Shown here: positions 48,310 to 60,165 of the stretch, in pieces
Layout of the letters: every line of letters starts with the position of its first letter
Numbering within the stretch: position 1 is the stretch's first letter
Source of the DNA: Malacoraja senta
Taxonomy: Eukaryota
Direction: 5' to 3'
DNA length: 64,000 nt
Assembly: GCA_038087875.1 (NCBI GenBank)
Contig: CM075984.1
Span: 10,044,001-10,108,000 of the forward strand
Notes under the pieces: model-generated
The model's input: only the letters and a program-made list of their open reading frames with translations
Told to the model about the DNA's origin: nothing
Database searches by the model: none
Made by a program: the position numbers and the translations under genes

Positions 48310-49460
48310 TACTTATCCTTTGCAATGTCTTGCGCAAACTTAAATGCTTCCTCTGGATCGGTGAAGAAGCGTTCAGACCCTTTGTATGTGACCCTGAGTT
48401 TGGCTGGATACATTAGGCCATATCTGAGATCTTGTGTTAAAGAAGGAACTGCAGATGCTTCAGACTGAAGAAGGGTTTCGGCCCGAAACGTTGCCTATTT
48501 CCTTCGCTCCATAGATGCTGCTGCACCCGGTGAGTTTCTCCAGCATTTTTGTGTACCTCTGAGATCTTGTATGTCTCTTAACATGACTCTCGACTTGGTG
48601 AAGAGTGCTCTTTTCTTAACGACTTCGGCTGGATAGTCTCTGAAGATTCGTATGTTGTCTCCTTCAAAGATCAGATTTCTTTTGTTTGCCACTCTCTTCA
48701 TGATGTCTTCAAGAACTGAGGTGTGATGTAGCTTCAAGATAAGCTGTCTTAGTGGAGCTCCAGGTCCTGGTCGGGTTCTCAGAGCTCTATGCGCCTGGTC
48801 GAGTTTTGGTCTTTCATCCAGATTAAATACCTCTTGAAGTAAATCGGCAGCAAAGTCACGAGTATCTTTGTCATCTTCTTTTCGTTCCTTCACCCCGACA
48901 ATCCTTAGATTTTGACGTTTAGAGCGGCCTTCAAGATTTAGAAATTTTTCGGTCATTTTGGCCATATGCCCAGAAACACGCTCCAGTTCCGTCTTCAGTC
49001 TTTGAGCTGTCTGGGGTGATCTCTGTAGTTGCAGATTCCGTTCTCTGATGGCATCACTGTGTTTTTTGAAGTGATAATAATGGGTTCTAACTTGTTGCTG
49101 ATGTCTGTTTCAACTCTTTTAATTTCTCCCTTCAGGGAGGAATTCACCTCCTCTATGCGAACTTGTACCGTATCAATTTTCTCACATATTTTTGTTCTTC
49201 CAGCCACGACATTTAACTTTACAGCAGTAAGTTGCTCACCCAGTTTTGTGTCCTGCTTTTCGAGCTTTTCAGCCAATAACTCTTTAATATCTTGCACCAG
49301 AGCTTTTCTTAGTGTTTGCTCTTGTTCTTGTTCCATAATCAAAGTAGAGCTTTCTTCCTCAGAGCCTTGAAAAACTTCCTCGCCTTCCTCTTGGAGTGTT
49401 TCCCACGTGTTTTAGGTCTTCTAGGAGGTGGGGTGGGAAGGTTCCTTTTCTGGTGCCGTC
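48310..49460 (-). pseudogene. L1 ORF1 (coiled coil + RRM/CTD), frameshifted and interrupted
   Basis: LEGRSKRQNLRIVGV, DQAHRAL, IRIFRDYPAEV; the start position is uncertain. Confidence 0.82.
48436..48557. mobile_element. PLE mini-element inserted in L1 ORF1
   Basis: Exact 13-bp TSD tctgagatcttgt (48423-48435, 48558-48570); body is nearly identical to 13851-13948. Confidence 0.9.
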
Positions 49461-50655
49461 TTCTCATTTGAAATACCGGAGTCGGGTCAATTTCTGCTGA
49501 CGTCACTAACCCGACAGCAGGCATCTGCCGGTTAGCATTTTCTTAAGTCCGTTTTTTAATTTTCGGGTGTTTTCGTGCGTTTTACGGAGCGGAGCTAAAT
49601 GGCACACGTCTTTGCTCTCCATAGCGCCACCGGAAGTCTCCCGATATTTTTTTACTCGTAGGTTTAGTCGAAGTCGGTCGTAGTAGGTCAGCATGTTATT
49701 CGTAGATAATCTAAGGTAGTCGAAGGTAATCGAAGGTAGTCAAAGGTAATCAAAGGTAGTCGAAGGTAGTCGTAGATAGTGTCAGTAAAGTCGACGGTAG
49801 TCAAAGGTGGTCGCCTTCACTCCACTATTCGGTGTCCAATTTTCCAGAGAGCATCGGCGAGTAAATCGTAGATAGTCAAAGCTAGTCTTCAACATAGTCG
49901 AAGGAGGTCGAAGGAGATCGAAGGAGGTCTTCTACATATTCGTAGGAGGTTCTCTACATGGTTGAAGGAGGTCGTAGGAGGTGTTCTACTTCGGCGATAC
50001 AACAAGACCATGACACTCTCCTTGACTCTCCTAAACTCTTCCAAACTCGCAAATTAGTGGGACAGGCCCTTCACTCTCTGATCCTCTTACTATATCCTCT
50101 CTTTCTTCTATGTATATAATTAAAAGTCTCATCTTGACCACTTCCTGTCTGTGCTGTATATTGATTTTAGAAAGAACGCTACCCTGTATCGCTGTGATTT
50201 TTGGCCATCTTACTCACAATCCTCCTCCGCTGAGCCAGGCACAAAGATTTTCCCATGGATGAAAAATAAAAAAGTTATGAGTGTTTAAAAAACCTTGAGA
50301 TCAGCTGATTGGTCCTCTCGCCTGTCAATCACCACGATGAAGGTAACGCCCCTTCTGGGGGTGGGGCAGGACTATAAAACCCCGGATGCCTGGACGTGAG
50401 TCAGTCACTCTGCAAGATCGCGAGGGAGAGGCCACGACTGTCATTCTAAGCTGCGAATCAACCAAACTGTGAGTCTGCAATGTACTTGCAAAAAATGATT
50501 TGTTAGCCCTTAATGACAATGCCATGAGTTATTTGGCATGCTGCCCTGCCTGTGCTTGAAAGTGCAATGCTTGATTGGAAATGAAACAAAATGAAATGAC
50601 GATGCTATGAGTTGTTTGGCCTGCTGCCCTGCCTGTGCTTGAAACTACAATGCTT

Positions 50656-50891
50656 ATTAGGTCTGACTTTGTTTGGAAGGAATAAATGCTTCATTAGGTC
50701 CGACTGTGTTTGGAAGGAATAAATGCTTCATTAGGTCCGACTGTGTTTGGAAGGAATAAATGCTTTATTAGGTCCGACTGTGTTTGGAAGGAATAAATGC
50801 TTTATTAGGTCCGACTGTGTTTGGAAGGAATAAATGCTTTATTAGGTCTGACTGTTTGGAGGGAATAAATGCTTTATTAGGTCCGACTGTG
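50656..50891. repeat. 37-bp minisatellite, about 6.4 units
   Basis: attaggtccgactgtgtttggaaggaataaatgctt(c/t) starts at 50656, 50693, 50730, 50767, 50804, 50841 and 50876. Confidence 0.95.
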
Positions 50892-51062
50892 ATTAGTCCA
50901 AAAGTCCCGCTCATTTCGTGACTTCCGCTTAGTGGACAGGTCGCGCTGATTGCGTATATTTCCGGTGAGTGCAGAGGTCGCGCTGATTGCGGAAGTGCCG
51001 CTGACTGCAGAAGCCCGTGCTCAGCCGTGTGAGTAGATTCAAGAAAGTTTACTGTCATATAT

Positions 51063-51588
51063 NNNNNNNNNNNNNNNNNNNNNNNNNNNNNNNNNNNNNN
51101 NNNNNNNNNNNNNNNNNNNNNNNNNNNNNNNNNNNNNNNNNNNNNNNNNNNNNNNNNNNNNNNNNNNNNNNNNNNNNNNNNNNNNNNNNNNNNNNNNNNN
51201 NNNNNNNNNNNNNNNNNNNNNNNNNNNNNNNNNNNNNNNNNNNNNNNNNNNNNNNNNNNNNNNNNNNNNNNNNNNNNNNNNNNNNNNNNNNNNNNNNNNN
51301 NNNNNNNNNNNNNNNNNNNNNNNNNNNNNNNNNNNNNNNNNNNNNNNNNNNNNNNNNNNNNNNNNNNNNNNNNNNNNNNNNNNNNNNNNNNNNNNNNNNN
51401 NNNNNNNNNNNNNNNNNNNNNNNNNNNNNNNNNNNNNNNNNNNNNNNNNNNNNNNNNNNNNNNNNNNNNNNNNNNNNNNNNNNNNNNNNNNNNNNNNNNN
51501 NNNNNNNNNNNNNNNNNNNNNNNNNNNNNNNNNNNNNNNNNNNNNNNNNNNNNNNNNNNNNNNNNNNNNNNNNNNNNNNNNNNNNNNN
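51063..51588. other. Assembly gap (526 N) flanked by (at)/(gt) microsatellite
   Basis: Run of N. Confidence 1.
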
Positions 51589-51929
51589 GTGTGTGTGTAT
51601 GTTGGAATTGGTGAAGAGGTGGAATATTGCGTTGGGGGACCAGCCCTCCCATGTGAAGCTGGGACCCAACGAGTCCCACTTAGTCTAGTTTCCTTTATAC
51701 TTTTGTAGCAAAGCTGCCAATCCCATTCCCTGTCGATCTTGAAAACCTCTTGTTTTCTGTAATATAGCCTGTCTCCGTCAATGCGTCAGCTTATTAATGC
51801 CTTTGCTGTTCAGGGTTTTGACTAGATCAATGCTTTCCAGCCTGCATCCCTGATTCCAGCTCCAATAAGCTTCTGCTGGGTCAAGCTCTCCTATTCCTAA
51901 CTTGAACTAAATCACATGAACCCATTTGC

Positions 51930-52120
51930 AGAAACAAGGAAATGCAGTTGCTGGTTTATACAAGAGGGCACAAAGTAACTCAGCAGGTCAGGCAGCAGCT
52001 CTGGAGAACATGGATAGGTGACATTTCGGGTCGGGACCCTTCTTCAGACTGAAAACAACATTCTTCAGGTTCCACCTTCAGACCACCTGATCTGCAGAGT
52101 TACTCCAGCACTTTGTGTCC
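51930..52120. mobile_element. Decayed palindromic PLE mini-element
   Basis: aaggaaatgcagttgctgg...tttcgggtcgggacccttcttcagactga...gagttactccagcactttgtgtc. Confidence 0.72.
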
Positions 52121-52189
52121 TTTCACATTCACCCACTCCCCTTGTGCTACTCACCTGTGTTGGTATTTGCTTAAACATATCCACAAATG

Positions 52190-52389
52190 CCTGTGGCTAT
52201 CAAATGGTACAACTCCACCCCCTTTTGTCATGGGGTAGACTGACTCCCCCCCCCCCTCCCTAATCTTTGCACATCCCCAATCCTTTCCACCCGTCAATTT
52301 ATTTTCATGTTTCATGTATTTTGTGTTGTATGATTGTTGGCAGATAAGTTTTCCTCCTAGGATAAATATGGTTCTATCGTATCGTATCG
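52190..52389 (+). mobile_element. Non-LTR element 3' end with (tatcg)n tail
   Basis: tttcctcctaggataaatatggttc(tatcg)3. Confidence 0.45.
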
Positions 52390-53006
52390 CAAATTTGGAA
52401 TTCTTATCCCTGTGCACAAATCCGTTGGTGATTTTGCTCATCCTTGTATCGATTACTTGTTCAAAGCTTACACCTTGTTGAGGAAACTATAATACAGGCT
52501 TTGAATATGCTATCTACTTCTTCATTGCACCTGTGGCATTTGTGCTTTCGAATGCCAAGATCTGAAACTCTGGAATTTCCTTCTTTCAGTCGATGTCTGA
52601 CCCATCTTGCCCTAATTTTGTCATCTAATGTCTCCCTATTTTTCCTCATGTCCATTTTTATCTGATTATATAGCTTCTCTATAATTTGAGCCACTGTAAA
52701 GAGTTAAGGTACAGCATAAATGCAAGTTTTTGTTTGAGTGAATAAGCTTCAACAGAATTCATTGAAGAACTGTCAGCAATACATGATGCAAAATTGTGTG
52801 TTAGACATTCTTGCGCTGGTTCCAATCTTTAATGAGCAGAATTTTACTGAATTTGGTTTCATTTGACATAGATTCAGAGAAATGATGTGCTGACTTTGAA
52901 TAGCACTTTATACTTAGCTGATGTGTCACAAATCCCTTAGGACCAGATGTAGCCTGTGCAGTTTTGTACAAGAGACATGATGAGTGGGCTGGGAAGTGAT
53001 TATATC

Positions 53007-53102
53007 CGTCTGAAGAAGGGTTTCGGCCCGAAACTTTGCCTATTTCCTTCGCTCCATAGATGCTGCCTCACCCGCTGAGTTTCTCCAGCACTTTTGTCTA
53101 CA
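53007..53102 (+). mobile_element. PLE pLTR (intact-element subfamily)
   Basis: gtCTGAAGAagggtttcggcccGAAActttgcctatttccttcgctccatagatgc. Confidence 0.85.
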
Positions 53103-53369
53103 TCCTTAAATGGAATTGCCATAGTTATCAACCAGCTCTATTTTACCAGACAATTGTTCGGCTACTCCAAGGTGAAACCACCACACATACCAGAGCTACA
53201 ACTCTCCAAAAAGAATGAGTCTACAGTCTTTGTGCGAGCCTTTGTGTTTGCAATGCTGCAGCGTAGCTTCACAATAGCCTCCATCATGCAATCTTTTCAA
53301 ACATTGCACATGATTGCTTTATGCAATCTTTACTGCATTGCGAGCGTTGAAATTACATATCGTTCAGTC

Positions 53370-54212
53370 TGAAGATGAAATTTTGGATGAAAATAAAACT
53401 CTGATGGAAAAAATGATGGAAAAAATCGAAAAGATGATAAAATCGAAAAGATGATGGAGGATTCGAATGCTGGTAATCAGAAGGTTATTGATGCTGGTAA
53501 TCAGAAGGTGATTGATTCACTTGACATTATAAATAAACAAATTGATGATGTGAAAGATGGATTATCGGGGAGAATTGATAAGATGGAAAAAGTTACTACG
53601 GACAGGTTCACGGCTGTGCTTGAAACAATAGCTGCAAGTATGGCTACAATCACGGAATTGGAGAAAAATATGGCTCGAGTGGCTGAAGACATGGTGAAAA
53701 TGAGGCGAGAACATGATCAAATGAAGCAAGAACATGAGCAATCTTCAGTACAGATGACGACTCAACTGGGGAAAGTTTCAGATAAATGCCTGGACCTGGA
53801 AGCTCGTTCTAGACGCCAGAATTTGAGAATTCTTGGAGTCTCAGAGGGAACTGAGGGAAGGGACATTCGTGAGTTTGCCATGGGCTTACTTAAACAACTG
53901 CTTAATCTCTCCAAAGAACCACCGTGTACCGAGATTTAAACCGAGATCTCAAGCTAGACAAGCTCACCCACGACAGATTATTGTGAAATTTCAAGACATT
54001 TCAGAACTGGAAGAGATGATGAGTAAAATCAAATATGGAGTGCAACTGAGGCTTGATAACGACATTATCAAAATATTCAGGGACTATCCGTATGAAATTG
54101 TGCAAAAGAGAAATCAATTCGGAAAGGCAAAAGAACTTTTAAGGGGGAAGCAAGATGTGAGATACGGTGTCTTTTATCCGGCTAAAATGTGCATCTCTTA
54201 TAATGGACGTGA
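53370..54212 (+). pseudogene. L1 ORF1 remnant
   Basis: DLEARSRRQNLRILGV, IKIFRDYP, YGVFYPAK; frameshifted. Confidence 0.82.
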
Positions 54213-57200
54213 AATTAATCCCTCACACTGTGAACCCAGCATACCATACAAATTCGATTTCAGACCATTCACCACTAACTTTCTTTTTAAAACTGGAAGG
54301 AATATCTAAGAATACATCGTTTTGGAGATTCAACTTTCAAATCCTAAAAGATCCGCAAGCGAGTATATATTTAAAAGAACAAATGGAAGTCTTTTTTGAA
54401 ATAAATGACACTCCAGATATATCGCCTACTTTACTATGGGAATCTTTTAAAACATTTATTAGAGGTGTTATAATCTCATACCAAGCTTTTCAAAATAAAA
54501 AGAATAAGAATGAACAAAGACAGTTAGAAGAACTTATTAGACAAATGGATATAGATAATGCTAAAGATCCATCAATAGATAAACATAATAAAATAATAAT
54601 TTTGAAATTTAAATTAAATAAACTATTATCAGCCAAACTTATAAGACTTTTCCAAATTACAAAACAGGAACACTTTGAATTTGGGGATAAACCTCATAAA
54701 CTTTATCCTCGTCAGCTAAAAAAATGAGAAAAAGAACATACGATCCAAAAGATTAAATCAGATAGAGGGGAATTACTCACCATACCGAAGGATATTAATA
54801 AAAGATTTGCGCATTTTTATAAGAATTTGTATACATCTTGGATAATTGTAATCTTCCAAAGTTAGAGTTGAAGGAACAAGAGGAATTGGGTGCACAAATT
54901 TCAATCAAGGAATTAGAAAACACAATAAATTCATTAAAGAATGGAAAAACTCCAGGTCCTGATGGATTTACTAATGAATTTTATATAAGCTTTTATGACA
55001 AAATTATACCACGGTTACAAAAAATGTATCAATATGCTTTTAAAAAACAAATATTACCTGATACATTAGCTGAATCAACGATCACACTAATACTTAAAAA
55101 AGACAAAGATATAGAAGAACCGGGTTCATATAGAGCTATAGCATTGTTAATTACAGATCAAAAAATATTAGCGAAATCATTAGCTAGAAGATTAAGTAAA
55201 TATATTAGTAAATTAATAAACCCAGATCAGACGGGGTTTATCCCTAAGAGATATTCATCTAATAATATGAGACATCTACTCAATATAATGCACTCACACA
55301 AAATTGAAGAACAAGAATTATCAATTATTTCGTTGGACGCTGAAAAAGCATTTGACCAAGTAGAATGGAATTATATTGATAAAGTATTACAAAAATTCCA
55401 TCTGGGAGAGAATTTTATTTTATGGATTAAATTATTATATAATAAACCTACAGCTAGAATATTAACTAATAACATATTATCCTCGAAATTTCAACTATCA
55501 AGGGGAAACAGACAAGGATGCTCATTATCACCACAGTTGTTTGCTCTCATAATTGAACCTTTAGCAGAAAAAATTAGAACACATCCAGATATCCATGGGT
55601 ATAATACTAAATACTCAAATAATAAAATATCTTTATACGCGGATGATATATTATTGTACATTACAAAACCTCAAATTACTATACCAAACATACTAAATCT
55701 AATTGAGGACTTTGGATCCTTTTCTGGATACAGAATAAATTGGAATAAAAGTGAAATTATGTCAATAAAACCGAAAGACTCAACACATCTTTTAAAATTC
55801 CCTTTTAAAATAGCTACAGAAAAATTTAAATACTTGGGTATTGAAATCACCAGAACATATCAAGGCATGTTCAAAGCAAATTATGATCCTCTACTTAATA
55901 AATTAAATACATTAATTAAATTTTGGAAAACACTTCCGATGTCTTTAATAGGCCGAATAAATGCAATAAAAATGATCTTGTTACCACAAATTTTATACCT
56001 ATTTCAATCGATTCCTATATACCTACCAAAGAAGTTTTTTTTTAAATTGGACTCAGACATTACTAATTTTATATGGGATTATAAATCCCATAGAATACAA
56101 AGAACACACTTGAACAAAGCTAAAGTATTAGGGGACTTAGCACTCCCTAACTTCATGTATTATTATTGGTCAGTAAATATTAAAAATATGATCCAACTGA
56201 TGGACAACTCTGCCCAGCAAGTGGATTGGATTGTAATGGAGAGAGAGGACTGCTCCTCTGGTAATATTGGAGCGATCCTCCTCTCACCAATGAAACTGAA
56301 TAACATAAATTTTAACAAAAATCCAATTATACATAGTACAATCAGAACTTGGAAACAAATAAAACAAAATTTAAAATTAAGAAATCTATCGCTTTTATCT
56401 CCAATAGTTAATAACCCTTCGTTTAATCCCTCTATTACAGACAAATCTTTTATACAATGGGATAGACTAGGAATTAAAATGTTCGGTGACTTGTATGAAA
56501 CTGGAAAATTACTATCATTCCAACAATTACAAATAAAATATAAACTGGGAAATAATCAATATTTTAAATATTTTCAAATATGTGACTATTTGAAAAAATA
56601 TACAAAAGATCATTATAATATCCCAGCAGATGTATTGGATGAAGCAATGCAGATAGAAACATAGAAACATAGAAACATAGAAATTAGGTGCAGGAGTAGG
56701 CCATTCGGCCCTTCGAGCCTGCACCGCCATTCAATATGATCATGGCTGATCATCCAACTCAGTATCCCGTACCTGCCTTCTCTCCATACCCTCTAATCGC
56801 TTTAGGCACAAAGCTAGATAAAAGCTGAATCAGCAAACTTAATATCATATTTGTATAATATTATCTTAAATGTAGAAATACCATCTACGGAAGGTATTAG
56901 AAGAGACTGGGAACAAGAATTAGCTATTAAAATCTCAAAGGAAAGGTGGAATGAACATTTATTAAATGTGCATAAATGTTCGATTAATGTAAGACACACT
57001 TTAATACAATTTAACATTTTACATAGATTATATTATTCAAAAACTAAAATTAATAAAATTTTCCCCAATGTATCATCCATTTGTGATAAATGTCAATCTC
57101 AAGAAGCTACTATAGCGCACTCATTTGTTTTTTGTACAAAAATTCAAAAATTTTGGATTGACATTTTTGAAATCTTTACAAAATTATTTAAAATAAAACT

Positions 57201-57471
57201 GATACCAAAAGCAGAATGGATTATCTTCGGAACAACGGAAGATAGTCCTGAACTAAATGTGTTTCAAAAGAAATTAATAGATTACGAGTTAATAACTGGA
57301 AAAAAGTTAATCCTAAAATTCTGGAAAAACGCTTCAATACCAACTATAAACATGTGGATTTCAAATATGTTTGAAACATTACACCTAGAAGAGATAAGAC
57401 TCCTCCTGGCAGGTAAACCAGATCACTTCCACCTGACGTGGTCTGCATTTATAGAATTATTACAAGTATAG
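54213..57471 (+). pseudogene. L1 ORF2 remnant lacking most of the endonuclease
   Basis: ISDHSP, KTPGPDGF, LDAEKAFD, RQGCSLSP, YADD, CDKC; stop at 54725-54727, deletion near 54837, CR1 insertion. Confidence 0.88.
56656..56815 (-). mobile_element. CR1 3' end inserted in L1 ORF2
   Basis: (catagaaa)n tail plus CR1 3' UTR; agata on both sides. Confidence 0.85.
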
Positions 57472-57956
57472 GGTGCAAAAATAATTTTAAAAAACCTGAG
57501 GTCAGGTAAAAGGGGATGAAAGCTGGAGAGTTGGTATATCCCATTTGCGTGATGCTTATAATAAAGTATTTGTTTTTCTCTTTTTTCCTATTTCTCTTTT
57601 TTTTCTTCTCTAGGGTCTATCTCTTAATTCTTTCTTTTTAATTTCTTTTCTACAGGGTCTCTGTTCTTTCTTGTTGTCACGTTTTTACACCTTCACTATT
57701 TTCCTCCACTTTCTCCTTTTTCTTAATCTCAACCTTTCCTTTTTATCAATGTAAAAAATGACGGAGTACATTAATTGTAATAAGATATACGTGATGTGTA
57801 CTAATGTAATTGGTTGTAATGTAATGTACTTCTAATAAATAAAAAAATTAAAAAATTTAAAAATTACATATCGTTCACTCTGCTGCTTTTGATTGGACAC
57901 TCACCTTTAGAAATGCTACAAAATGTGGGTATATACTTTTGTTAGGAGTAGCATAA

Positions 57957-58537
57957 AAGGCCTGTCTCACGAGTCTGCGGTCATTGGCGGTGATACAGGA
58001 AGTATCTACCGCTCGTGGACCGCCAGACTGCGGGTTCGGTCAAACGACCACCGACGGGGCCGTGCGGCGTTTGTCCCAACACTGCACGGTGCTAAAAAAA
58101 AGTCAGCACTGTCCAAAAATAATTTCTTGCCGCCAGTGAGGCACGAGTGCGGCACGGTTACCGCCACAGCTGCCGCCAGTGAGGCACGAGCGCCGTGAGT
58201 CGAACTCTCACCGCCACAGCCACCGCCAGTGAGGCATGGCCGCCACCACAGCCGGCGCCAGTGAGGCAGGTGTGCGGCACGGCCACCGCCACAGCCCCGC
58301 GATCTGAAAGATGTCATCGCGTAGCGCGTCGCTTTGCGCGATGACGTCATCGCGTAGCGCGTCGCTTTGCACGATGACGTAATCACCCGATGCCGCAAGC
58401 TCGTGGAACCGGCCGTACGGAGATTACTCAGCCCTCGCGCAGCATCCGTGTGGCGCTCTCGCGGTTGACGTGCGGTCCCCTCTTCCGGCGACGCCGCGCT
58501 TCACCACCAATGACCGCAACACCGTGAGACAGAGCCT
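57957..58537. mobile_element. GC/CpG-rich Harbinger-like MITE (second family)
   Basis: TIRs aaggcctgtctcacg..tgcggtcattggcggtga / tcaccaccaatgaccgca..cgtgagacagagcct; TAA TSD at 57954-56 and 58538-40. Confidence 0.82.
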
Positions 58538-60165
58538 TAAAGTCCAGAGAAACGACCATATCGTTAACCTTCACTTTGCCCTACAGAAAACTATCATCGT
58601 TATTCATAACACTGTAAATGAGAAACATTGTAAAGTATTGCACCACACTGGTGCAATGGCAGAATCAAGACACCATTTTGCAGAAAGATATGCTTGTTTT
58701 TTAGTAACCATTTACTGCATTGTTTCACTTGGCTTACAAACAAGCTTAGCTAAGATTGCCTTCATTTCCATAACAAAAACGACAGTTAAGACTTGGCTTG
58801 GGATCAAGTGTACAACAGAGTCAAGAGAGTAAAACTGGCATTTTGAATTTGACCAAATTCTTACCAATTTAATAATTTTTATAACATCAGTGTTGCCTGC
58901 TAAATTACGTTAAAGTTGGACCCTCCGTTTTATCATTTAGACATCCTTACCGTTTATTAACATCTGCTATTACAACTTTTAGTCATCTGATCATCACTAT
59001 TAATACAACCATATTAGGAATTGATGCAACATTTTGAGGCTATTGAGGAAACCTGTTTTTTTGTTGTCTTTCTATTTTGGTTAGGTGGTGTGATGAGGGA
59101 TTTTCAAGAGTTGCAGAGAATTCCATGCCTGACTGGATTTAGGCATTTGAGAAATTCTTGGGATCCATTGGATGATATAATAGCGGTAAACAAAATTATA
59201 AATGGTATTGACAAATTGGAATTGGAAAACTATTTCTAGTTCTTTTGTAAGGGTTTCAAAGGTCAATTTAGGTTGGGAATTGGGAAGTATTTTCAGAAAA
59301 GCATAAAGGGGGACTGGCCTGAACACAAAACTTTAAATTTTTTAATAAAGGATTATGCGCTAACTTTGCATGATGTTTGCGTTTCATGAAACAGGGATGC
59401 TTTTCTTCAATATAACTTATTTTGTGGCAGGTAAGTTTAATTATTTTGTCTTTGAGATGTGCAAAATGAATTCAGGCCATTAAGAAGTTAAATTTTGTCC
59501 ATGCAATATTTTGAAGCAAAATTGATCTGGTCTGTTCCAGGTGCTGGGCTGAAAATCAATGGCATAAAGATTCGTAATTCAATATTTAGTGAGATATTCT
59601 CCTCCACTAATTCATTTTGATAGAGACGAAAATAATCTTGAGTGTTAAGCAAGGGACAGTGTTTAATTATAAAGGATGAAATGTTCACTCATATCGTTGA
59701 AATGAGTTACCAGAGGAAATTATATTCAATAAGCATTAACCTATGGTAGAATCAGACTTTGGGGAAATGCAGACTTTATATCGGGGTATTGACTGCAGCG
59801 CAAGGTGCAGTGATGAAACAGTGCAGAGAAGGCGTTCACTTTGGTCTGCATAGCTGATTGCAGAGTTCCATCCCTTATAATTACCATTCATACTTGTAAA
59901 TGTGACGAGGTGAATTGGTGATTGACAGCGTTAAAACTGACAATAACAATTTACAAGCCAGTTTACACCCAATCGGTATTTTACTTTAAATGTACGAAAA
60001 AGAAAATTAGTGAAAATTAGTGAAATACAGCATACTGCTGAAAGCCATTTTTTCCTGCAAACCCATCATCATGGAGTGTCCACTCAGTCCTTTTACCATG
60101 TGGTGTATGTAAGTAGTAATTATACATGAAATGTGTGCGTGTGCACGTATATATATATATATATA

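Larger units (their letters stand above)
43162..49641 (-). mobile_element. Full-length (~6.5 kb) L1 LINE, disabled
   Basis: 5' end ggagacttccggtggcg; ORF1, ~1-kb spacer, ORF2; A-tail read as poly-T at 43162-43173. Confidence 0.92.
42955..50070. mobile_element. Harbinger-like MITE (family of 33797-34368, opposite orientation) split by a full-length L1
   Basis: TIRs agggcctgtcccact / agtgggacaggccct; TCA TSD at 42952-54 and 50071-73; halves 42955-~43145 and 49642-50070 are collinear with the reverse complement of the first MITE. Confidence 0.88.
50095..51688 (+). mobile_element. Non-autonomous Helitron (spans the assembly gap)
   Basis: 5' TC..tctatgtatataattaaaagt (exact start 50095 or 50107); 3' hairpin tgggac-ccaacga-gtccca (51660-51678), then CTAG|T; no TSD. 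Confidence 0.72.
53367..57860 (+). mobile_element. 5'-truncated, internally deleted L1
   Basis: Exact 17-bp TSD aaattacatatcgttca (53350-53366, 57861-57877); ORF1 and ORF2 remnants; AATAAA plus A-rich tail. Confidence 0.92.

Noticed and set aside
50656-50891. CRISPR-like 37-bp repeats
   Set aside because: The units are contiguous with no unique spacers, there are no cas genes, and the context is eukaryotic; this is a minisatellite.
50768-51688. ORFs of 204-303 aa
   Set aside because: Artefacts of translating through the N gap.
57957-58537. Host CpG-island promoter or ORF 58006-58398
   Set aside because: It is bounded exactly by TIRs and a TAA TSD; the ORF merely translates internal repeats.
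59395-59436. Possible 36-nt micro-exon (acag|...gcag|gtaagt)
   Set aside because: Good donor but weak acceptor, no recognisable peptide and no partner exons; needs RNA-seq.
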